Below are positions 1 to 6,584 of a stretch of 64,000 nt of DNA, piece by piece. The stretch comes from Candidatus Nealsonbacteria bacterium (GTDB lineage Bacteria > Patescibacteriota > Minisyncoccia > Minisyncoccales > MHMH01): assembly GCA_016181965.1 (NCBI GenBank), contig JACOYH010000007.1, positions 7,110 to 71,109 on the forward strand, in the 5' to 3' direction. The notes under the pieces are model-generated. The model was not told where the DNA came from and made no database searches. It saw only the letters and a list, made by a program, of their open reading frames with translations. Positions within the stretch are counted from its first letter, which is position 1. The number at the start of each line of letters is the position of its first letter. Made by a program: the position numbers and the translations under genes.

Positions 1-1513
1 GCAATAAATTTTCTTCTTTCCAAAAAAACACCAAGAAATACTGATAGTCATGAGGGATAACCCATTTTTCCTTGTCTATGTACGCCAGCTTCAGAAGATT
101 ATACGATGGTTGGGGATATTCACTGCTTTCTGTCTTCAGTAGGGCCTTATCGAGAGCCCTGACGGAGTCCTCATCAAGCTCTTCTTGCAGTAAAATCGAC
201 TCTTTGGTGGGGATGGGGTTGATATAATTCCAATTACTGACAATTCTGGAGCCCTGCGGAATGTTTTCTTCAACCCATTCTTTGGCCAAAATACGCGTGT
301 CTTTTTGGTTTAGCAAATTAACATATTGAAATGAGGCCGCGGCGGGATAAGCGAAAACCAAAATCAGTAAAATTATTCTTAAAACCGGGGGCAACTTGGC
401 CGCTAATTGATAAACAGCGTAACTAGCCGGAAGAATCAGCCAAGGAATAATAACCAAAATATAGTGCAGGTGAGGATTGCCGCCAATGTATCCTCCGTGC
501 AATATGAAATAAGTAATGAGCAACCAGAAAACAGGCCAAGTCAAGAAAACAAGAGCCAACCCCTTTGACTTAAAATAAAAAAACGCTGATCCAAATAAAG
601 AAAAAATAAGAACGAGCGGCTCATAGAATAATAAGGCCTTCATATAGGCGAAAGAAACGAACAAAAATTGCGAAAAGCTTCGATTAGCCGCTAACGCTCC
701 CTCTAACCGCCCAAGACCAGTCCAACCCACGAAAAGTTGGGGAAAAATCATAGTGAAAATACCGGCCAAAAGGACAAAAACGACAATTGTTAACCACAAT
801 TTCCTGTCTTTCAATTTATTCAAAATGGAATTTTTACCGGTTGCAAAATGGGCCATCAAAAAAATAAACAGAGTAACCGGCAAGATATAGTTGGTTCCAA
901 AACCCAAACCCCCAACTATCCCCATCCATAAATAGTATTTTATTTTGGGCGATTTCCAAATACATAAAGACAAGAACATCACCAATAAGACGATAAATAA
1001 GCTGGGACCCCATAAGCGGGTGAAATGAGAAAATTGAATATGCAGGAAACTAGTGGTTAAAAACGCAGCCGATATCAACCCTACCCAATTATTAAAGGCC
1101 TTTTTACCGATTAAAAAAAGCAGAAAAACGGAAGCCGCGCCAATCAAGGCATTAATAGCCCGAGCAATCAGCCAAATCGGGCCGGGGTCAATGACAAAAT
1201 AATTGGCGATTTCGGCAAGGTTGGCAAAATGCCCTGTAAAATATTGAATTAGAACAAAAGGAGTTATAAAAAAAAGGTAAATATATGACATCAGGGGAGC
1301 GTAATATAAAATCTTAAATTCCTCGGCATGAAGAGCTGGAATCAGGGTTTTCAGTTCACCCATCTTCAGGGCCCCGTATACTAAAGTCCGCTCATCGTCG
1401 ATTAAAAAATAGGGCAAGCCGTAGTTGAGTCCCCAAAATCTCAAAAATAATGCCAATCCAATAATGCAAATAAGCGGCCAGTTTTTCTTGATTAGCTTAA
1501 TTCGCGCCATCAT
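1..1513 (-). CDS. GT-C fold membrane glycosyltransferase (ArnT/PMT-like, GT39/GT83 type); 3' end lies beyond the window
   Basis: Absent from the ORF track because it runs off the left edge. Manual translation from the ATG at 1513 gives MMARIKLIKKNWPLICIIGLALFLRFWGLNYGLPYFLIDDERTLVYGALKMGELKTLIPALHAEEFKILYYAPLMSYIYLFFIT..., then continuous multi-TM sequence. The lack of any listed minus-strand ORF here fits an open frame reaching position 1. Confidence 0.6.
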   Translation of the reverse strand, partial: MMARIKLIKKNWPLICIIGLALFLRFWGLNYGLPYFLIDDERTLVYGALKMGELKTLIPALHAEEFKILYYAPLMSYIYLFFITPFVLIQYFTGHFANLAEIANYFVIDPGPIWLIARAINALIGAASVFLLFLIGKKAFNNWVGLISAAFLTTSFLHIQFSHFTRLWGPSLFIVLLVMFLSLCIWKSPKIKYYLWMGIVGGLGFGTNYILPVTLFIFLMAHFATGKNSILNKLKDRKLWLTIVVFVLLAGIFTMIFPQLFVGWTGLGRLEGALAANRSFSQFLFVSFAYMKALLFYEPLVLIFSLFGSAFFYFKSKGLALVFLTWPVFWLLITYFILHGGYIGGNPHLHYILVIIPWLILPASYAVYQLAAKLPPVLRIILLILVFAYPAAASFQYVNLLNQKDTRILAKEWVEENIPQGSRIVSNWNYINPIPTKESILLQEELDEDSVRALDKALLKTESSEYPQPSYNLLKLAYIDKEKWVIPHDYQYFLVFFWKEENLL

Positions 1514-1589
1514 AATATTGCAACATTATGTCACTTTTAAGTGGTTTTGTCTAATCAAAAGGCGACTTTATTGAGCCGCCTTTATTTTT

Positions 1590-1919
1590 CTAAAATCCTC
1601 TTAACCTGACCAATTTGGCCTTTAATTGTTCGTGAGCTTCGCTAGACACGGGGATGCCCTCCCCAAGCGCCTCGTCGAATTCTTTCAGCATGCCATGGGT
1701 AAGCTCTATTTCCCGCGCCGTTAGTTTCGCGAAGTCAGAGAAATTGCGCGGCTTTTGGAAGATATGTCTTTTGATATCCCAATCAGAAGCGATGCCGCCC
1801 GCGTCACTTCTTTGACTCGCTGTTCGGCAAAAGCCATCGCGCGCGACGGAAATCAGCCGTCCTTCTCTTGCCAGCGAGCCATGCGTAACAATATCGCGCA
1901 TCCCCTTAACGCGTCTCAT
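1590..1919 (-). CDS. hypothetical protein, no family recognised; visibly more G+C-rich than its neighbours
   Basis: The ORF-track entry 1590..1934 starts at TTG; the first ATG is at 1919 (MRRVKGMRDIVTHGS...). The overlapping + ORF 1755..1937 looks like frame noise. Confidence 0.35.
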   Translation of the reverse strand: MRRVKGMRDIVTHGSLAREGRLISVARDGFCRTASQRSDAGGIASDWDIKRHIFQKPRNFSDFAKLTAREIELTHGMLKEFDEALGEGIPVSSEAHEQLKAKLVRLRGF

Positions 1920-2005
1920 AATGTGCCCCCGCAATAGGAAGAATCTCTAATATTCCAATATCATAAACTACGCACATCAACAAATATCAATGCGCAAGAA
2001 GTAAA

Positions 2006-2842
2006 TTACCCCAACAGCATTTCTGCTTGATTTATTAAATGCTGGATATCGCTTACTGGCACTCTGTGCTTTTTGGCAAATTTTGCGGCGTTAATGCCCA
2101 GCAAGTCCCTAACGAGCATCGTCTTCTCTTTGGCAAAAATATCTTTTAGGTATGGTTTCAAGGATGGCAAAATTGTTATGGGATAAAGCTTTTCTTCGTC
2201 TATAATATGCTCCAAACCGTTGTTTTCCGGATAGTTCCAACCCAAAAGCTCAACTCCTGCGCAGCGGCAATAATCCAGAGCCCGGCCGCTGAATTTGGTG
2301 TTGGTTACCAGCATTGGCTTCAAAATGAAGCCCTTACCTCTGTCCGACTTAAAATAACTGCCGTTTGAAATATCTAAAAAACGGGCATAGTTGGCCAAAG
2401 CTTCTTGCGAATGGACCCTGTCGCCAAAATATCGCCTATATTTGCACTCCCCCACATAAATTTCTTTTTCTTTTTTGGCGACAAAGTCAATCTCGTAACT
2501 GCGCACGCAACGACCCGGCAAAAATTGGTTTATTTTTACTTCGTAGCCCAGATTGCTTAAAATTTCTCCGGTATATTTTTCAAAAGGAAAACCGGTGGGG
2601 CCGAGTTTCCTCATACCATCTTTAATATTGAATTTCAGAGCGATGACTGGCGCTTCTTTTCGGAGCAGGCCTTTTATTTTTCTGAAGATTTCAGCTGTTT
2701 TTATGCCGGGATAGATCTCTTTAGCGATAGTGCCGGCAATCGTTCGGGCGGCCGTGTCGGAAGCGCCGGCTCTTTTAGCCGAGCGATAGAGCTTTTTTTG
2801 GGAAAACGGCTCTTTCTCTCCCCTAGAATTGACAATATACAT
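2006..2842 (-). CDS. ATP-cone domain fused to a PD-(D/E)xK (Mrr-cat-like) restriction-endonuclease-fold domain
   Basis: The N-terminus MYIVNSRGEKEPFSQKKLYRSAKRAGAS..IAKEIYPGIKTAEIFRKI resembles an ATP-cone. The central YEIDFVAKKEKEIYVGECKY fits a D..(D/E)xK nuclease core. Confidence 0.6.
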   Translation of the reverse strand: MYIVNSRGEKEPFSQKKLYRSAKRAGASDTAARTIAGTIAKEIYPGIKTAEIFRKIKGLLRKEAPVIALKFNIKDGMRKLGPTGFPFEKYTGEILSNLGYEVKINQFLPGRCVRSYEIDFVAKKEKEIYVGECKYRRYFGDRVHSQEALANYARFLDISNGSYFKSDRGKGFILKPMLVTNTKFSGRALDYCRCAGVELLGWNYPENNGLEHIIDEEKLYPITILPSLKPYLKDIFAKEKTMLVRDLLGINAAKFAKKHRVPVSDIQHLINQAEMLLG

Positions 2843-2848
2843 TCGCCC

Positions 2849-3646
2849 CTAATTAATTTCGTAAGTAATGGTTACGGTAACTTCAATTTTATTCTCGCCG
2901 GTTTCTACTCGGGGAACATCTGGCATGCCGCTACCCATACTTATTTGCTCTAGCCCATACAAGAATACAGGGGCGGGAAATTCAGATTCTGAAAAGTTTA
3001 TGATCTTATTGAGATTGACTCCGAGCTGCGAAGACAACTCTTTTGCTTTATTTTTAGCCTCATCAATCGCCATTTTCCTTGCCTGATTTTTCAATTCATC
3101 TTCATTATCAACGCTGAACTGCAAACCAGAAACATCGGTTGCTCCCATATCAGTAGCAGATTGTATAATATTGCCGGTCTTTTCTAAATTTCTGATTTTT
3201 ACCCGTAGGGACTGATAGACCTCGTAGCCCACTAAAATCCTTTCGCCGGATGGACATGGATAATTAATGCATGTCTCTAAATCCAGCCACTCATAACGTG
3301 GAGAAATATTGAAGCTTGTTGTTTCTAAGTCCTTGCCATCAACGCCCAAATTCTTCGTGGCATCAATAATAGCGTTCATCTTTTTAGTATTTTCAGACAT
3401 GGCTTCCGCGACAGTTGTGGCCTCGTTTTGCACAGCAAAAGTTATCAACGCCAAATCGGGTTTGATAAAGACCTCTCCGGTTCCGGTAAACGATATGTTA
3501 TTTGACACTTCGGGCGCTTTACTCACAAAAATGTCTTTAGCAAATGAGATCGACATGATGAGCAGTAGCAAACTCGCCGATAGCAATAACGGAATAACAA
3601 AAAAGCATTTTTTTTCTGTAATATTCTCAAAAATTTTTAGACACAT
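2849..3646 (-). CDS. SIMPL-domain (DUF541) secreted protein
   Basis: N-terminal membrane anchor, then ISFTGTGEVFIKPDLALITFAVQNEATTVAEAMSENTKKMNAIIDATKNLGV and a C-terminal VETGENKIEVTVTITYEI, typical of the SIMPL family. Confidence 0.65.
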   Translation of the reverse strand: MCLKIFENITEKKCFFVIPLLLSASLLLLIMSISFAKDIFVSKAPEVSNNISFTGTGEVFIKPDLALITFAVQNEATTVAEAMSENTKKMNAIIDATKNLGVDGKDLETTSFNISPRYEWLDLETCINYPCPSGERILVGYEVYQSLRVKIRNLEKTGNIIQSATDMGATDVSGLQFSVDNEDELKNQARKMAIDEAKNKAKELSSQLGVNLNKIINFSESEFPAPVFLYGLEQISMGSGMPDVPRVETGENKIEVTVTITYEIN

Positions 3647-3647
3647 A

Positions 3648-3887
3648 TTATTTCTTGTTAATTGCTCTTCCGAGCCAGATGATCAAAAGCACTCCGACTA
3701 TGAGCCAAACGAGGCCGGTAAGCCCAGCTATGAAAAACCAAAACGATCCGCCGCCCATCATGCCGCCCCAGGACATCATATTTCCCCACGACATCATGCC
3801 GTAAGATTGTTCGCCGCCTGCCATATCGGCCAAAGCGGCCAAGGGGGACAAGAGCGCTAAAGATACTATGGCGATTATTTTTCTCAT
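3648..3887 (-). CDS. small secreted/membrane protein with a Met/Gly/Trp-rich segment
   Basis: 79 aa: signal peptide, YGMMSWGNMMSWGGMMGGGS, then one TM helix. Its stop lies 1 nt from the next gene's start. Confidence 0.5.
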   Translation of the reverse strand: MRKIIAIVSLALLSPLAALADMAGGEQSYGMMSWGNMMSWGGMMGGGSFWFFIAGLTGLVWLIVGVLLIIWLGRAINKK

Positions 3888-3956
3888 AAATTTATTTTAG
3901 AAAAATTATTAATAATTAACCTTTGATTAATCATACCACATTTTTTTCCCTTTTCT

Positions 3957-4037
3957 ATCCACCCCGCCTCCATCCACCCCGCCTCAAACAATACCCTTTC
4001 CTTGCCATGGCTTTTATATTGGTATGGTTTTAGGGTT
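3957..4037. repeat. Intergenic element, copy 1: 15-nt tandem duplication followed by a ~63-nt unit also present at 4577..4639
   Basis: atccaccccgcctcc/atccaccccgcctca at 3957-3986. The unit caccccgcctcaaacaataccctttccttgccatggcttttatattggtatggttttagggtt is ~85% identical to copy 2. Stem AAACAATACC (3986-3995) pairs with GGTATGGTTT (4021-4030). Confidence 0.7.
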
Positions 4038-4524
4038 GGAAAATATCTTCGGGCAGGAAACGAACCTCTACGACTTCCGGAAATTGTTTTGCGGTGGCCT
4101 CAATTTGAAACCAAAGAATGCCCACGCGGCACGATCCCCCGACGGTCTTATTGTTAGGGTCGTCAAATTCAAGCGTCAAAAGACCATTGTTCAGTGAAGC
4201 TCCTTTTAATGAAAACCCTTCCAGCGGATATTCTGTTGCAATGCCTTGACTGCGCTCGTCTTGGCTTATTTGGCCCGCAAGCAAAAGTTTGATGGCGTCT
4301 TGAATCGGTGTTTGGCTTACGGGAATCTGTCTGACAACTTGCGCCAACCCCTTTCTACTGCAGGCAATATTGCCCGACTCGTCTCTGTCCAATTCTTCGT
4401 TGTAATAATACAGCCTTACTGTTCTTTGAGAGATTTCTCGTTCCTCGGTTGGTATCATTGCTAATCCAAACCAAAGTCCAGCCAGGACTATCAATGCCAC
4501 AATAAGAATGAATATTTTTTTCAT
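4030..4524 (-). CDS. GerMN-domain lipoprotein-like/secreted protein
   Basis: N-terminal anchor, then VRLYYYN...IPVSQTPIQDAIKLLLAG...GLLTLEFDD...FQIEATAKQFPEV, which resembles GerMN. Confidence 0.6.
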   Translation of the reverse strand: MKKIFILIVALIVLAGLWFGLAMIPTEEREISQRTVRLYYYNEELDRDESGNIACSRKGLAQVVRQIPVSQTPIQDAIKLLLAGQISQDERSQGIATEYPLEGFSLKGASLNNGLLTLEFDDPNNKTVGGSCRVGILWFQIEATAKQFPEVVEVRFLPEDIFQP

Positions 4525-4536
4525 ATGTATTGAAGG

Positions 4537-4561
4537 GTGTTAGACATTGAATGTCTAACAC
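4537..4561. repeat. Palindrome family P3, copy 1 (GTGTTAGACAT tga ATGTCTAACAC)
   Basis: Perfect 11-bp arms with a 3-nt centre, 13 nt upstream of the GerMN ATG. The same arms recur at 58705..58729. Confidence 0.85.
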
Positions 4562-4576
4562 GCCGCTCTTTTCCCT

Positions 4577-4639
4577 TCACCCCATCTCAAACCATACCAT
4601 TCCTTGCTATGACCTTTATATTGGTATTGTTTTAAGGTT
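4577..4639. repeat. Intergenic element, copy 2 (see 3957..4037)
   Basis: tcaccccatctcaaaccataccattccttgctatgacctttatattggtattgttttaaggtt, collinear with copy 1. Confidence 0.7.
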
Positions 4640-4645
4640 TGTGGG

Positions 4646-4698
4646 CTTTACCGAGGACTGTCCTTGCCAGATTCTGGCAAGGACAGTCCTCGGTAAAG
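4646..4698. repeat. 53-nt perfect hairpin/palindrome (25-bp arms, 3-nt loop) just after the AlkD-like gene stop
   Basis: ctttaccgaggactgtccttgccag att ctggcaaggacagtcctcggtaaag. No U-tract follows on the minus strand. Confidence 0.85.
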
Positions 4699-4706
4699 TC
4701 GGATAG

Positions 4707-5420
4707 CTATTTCTTGCCTGTGAGGAGTTTCCTTCTTGTTTCCCGAACTGCTATTTTGGGCAAAAACTCTTTGTTTACATCTATATAAAATGCAACTCTT
4801 TGGCGATGATTTTGAATCAAAGCCCTGATTAACCAAGATACGGCCTTAGTAATTAAAATATCTTTTTCGCTCTTGAGCTTGTCTATATTTTCAAACGCCA
4901 TATCGGCCAATAAATGACTATTAGACTCTCTGACGGGCTTGGTGAGTAAAACTAAGGCAGCTCGTCTCTTGTGAACATCTTTATGTTTGACAAACATTTT
5001 GAGTAATTTTTTCCATGCATCCCATTTATTCAGCAATTCTTCGGCCGTAAATATGCTTTGACATAAGGAATCAACTTCTGACCAACCCTTGGCTCCGGTC
5101 AGCCATCTATCTAAATAGCGTGGCTCAATTTTCTTTCGTAATGTCGGTAAATATTCCAAAAGCTTTCCGCCGAAAGTTCTTTCAGTGTGCGATTTGCCTT
5201 CAAAAAATGAGTTTAACACCAAAAGAAGTTCTGCTAATGAAATATCTTTATGTTCCTTTACCCATTTTTTGGCAATCTGCCGCACTTGCGGATTGGTAAT
5301 GTTATATATAGGGCGAGGTGTACCCATGTATTTACCAGCATAATACCATCCCGTATTTTGAGGATTTGAATTTGCCACCCTTTTGATTTTCCTTAAAATT
5401 TCTTGATGAGATTGATCCAT
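4707..5420 (-). CDS. DNA alkylation repair protein (AlkD/AlkC-like HEAT-repeat family)
   Basis: 237 aa with ...IAKKWVKEHKDISL...GKSHTERTFGGKLL...WSEVDSLC...HKRRAALVLL...ILITKAVSWLIRAL, resembling the DNA_alkylation family. Confidence 0.65.
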   Translation of the reverse strand: MDQSHQEILRKIKRVANSNPQNTGWYYAGKYMGTPRPIYNITNPQVRQIAKKWVKEHKDISLAELLLVLNSFFEGKSHTERTFGGKLLEYLPTLRKKIEPRYLDRWLTGAKGWSEVDSLCQSIFTAEELLNKWDAWKKLLKMFVKHKDVHKRRAALVLLTKPVRESNSHLLADMAFENIDKLKSEKDILITKAVSWLIRALIQNHRQRVAFYIDVNKEFLPKIAVRETRRKLLTGKK

Positions 5421-5423
5421 AGA

Positions 5424-5534
5424 TTATTTAATAACAAGGATTTCCAATAAAATCATTAAACTACTGAAAAGAAGGAAAAGCATAAATGCCAGCCACCATT
5501 TTATTTTAACTGTAAGGATATTTTGGATTTTCAT
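5424..5534 (-). CDS. possible 36-aa hydrophobic micro-protein (below the ORF-track cut-off)
   Basis: Manual translation gives MKIQNILTVKIKWWLAFMLFLLFSSLMILLEILVIK*. The ATG lies 3 nt after the upstream GT4 stop, and the stop lies 3 nt before the AlkD-like start. Confidence 0.35.
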   Translation of the reverse strand: MKIQNILTVKIKWWLAFMLFLLFSSLMILLEILVIK

Positions 5535-5537
5535 ATT

Positions 5538-6584
5538 TTAACTGAATTGCCCGATGATTTTATCGATTAAATTATTTAAGTTATGGTGCTTAACTACGAT
5601 TTCTCTTCTTAATTGAGGATCTGCGGGGGCTGTCATTAGATTAGTAATTTTATCGGCTAAATCATTGGCATTGCCTTTTTCAAAAATGTATTTATCGGCC
5701 AGAATTTTTTTATAGGCCTCGTTGCAGGTTAAAACAAGACAGCCCGCAGCCATGGCTTCCAGCACTACTTTATCCAAACTGCCGGTTGAGCTGGGGTTAA
5801 CAAATAAATCGGCCTCTTGATAATATTCTGGCATTTTGGCGTGAGGCGCGCCGGCCAAAAACTCTATATGTTCGTTTAGTTTATAATTTTTAGCTTGCTC
5901 TTTCAGGTCAGCCAGATATTTTTTTTCTGACTCTACGAGAGGTGTGCCCATAATTTTTAAGTTGATGTTGCAGACCTTTCTTTGGTTAACTAAAATATTC
6001 ATTGCTTCAATAAGAGTGGCGTGGCCCTTAACTGGCACGAGACGCGCCGCATATAACAAGCGGAAGGATAGAAGCCCGGCTTCCCGCGGAAGCCGGGCCT
6101 CTTGAACCGGCCGGAAAAGTTCGGTGTCTATTCCCTGTCCCAGCGCTTCTATTTTTTTGCTCGAAAGCCGACAGCCATCGGGCGAGGAAGTTACAATGTT
6201 GTCCACCAGTTTTTCTGCTATTTTCAGCTTAAGAGGCGTGGCTCCGTGCGCATACCATAAAATCAATTTTTTCCCGAAAATCTTAGCCAAAGGAAAGCTG
6301 GCGATAGCGAAAACAGGCCCCATATGAACATAAACGCCTCTGGCTTCCGATAAATGCGCGAGCAAAAATTTCTGCAACCTCCAGAGCTGCCTTATTTTAG
6401 AATAGCCCCTTTCTTTTCCCAAAGATAAAACCTTAATATTTTTGGGCAAATGATGTTCGCCCTCCGAAAGACAAATAGCGTAAACCTCATCTAACCGTTC
6501 TGAAAACTTTTCCAGCGTGCGATAAAAAAAGCTAAGGTTGTCGTCGTTGATATCTATTTTCTGGACAATGATAATCAGCTTCAT
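5538..6584 (-). CDS. glycosyltransferase family 1 (GT4-type, GT-B fold)
   Basis: C-terminal VNPSSTGSLDKVVLEAMAAGCLVL (E-x7-E region). The stop overlaps the next gene's start. Carries palindrome P1 copy A. Confidence 0.8.
   Translation of the reverse strand: MKLIIIVQKIDINDDNLSFFYRTLEKFSERLDEVYAICLSEGEHHLPKNIKVLSLGKERGYSKIRQLWRLQKFLLAHLSEARGVYVHMGPVFAIASFPLAKIFGKKLILWYAHGATPLKLKIAEKLVDNIVTSSPDGCRLSSKKIEALGQGIDTELFRPVQEARLPREAGLLSFRLLYAARLVPVKGHATLIEAMNILVNQRKVCNINLKIMGTPLVESEKKYLADLKEQAKNYKLNEHIEFLAGAPHAKMPEYYQEADLFVNPSSTGSLDKVVLEAMAAGCLVLTCNEAYKKILADKYIFEKGNANDLADKITNLMTAPADPQLRREIVVKHHNLNNLIDKIIGQFS
6071..6101. repeat. Palindrome family P1, copy A, in-frame inside the GT4 gene
   Basis: gaaGCCCGGCTTCCcgcGGAAGCCGGGCctc, translated on the minus strand as EARLPREAGL. 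Confidence 0.85.

Noticed and set aside
3309-3860. 183-aa plus-strand ORF
   Set aside because: It overlaps the SIMPL gene and the small Met/Gly-rich gene on the opposite strand. Both minus-strand genes have coherent signal peptides and domains; this ORF does not.
4355-4561. 68-aa minus-strand ORF overlapping the GerMN start and the P3 palindrome
   Set aside because: It lies out of frame over the GerMN N-terminus and starts inside the palindrome. It has no supporting features.
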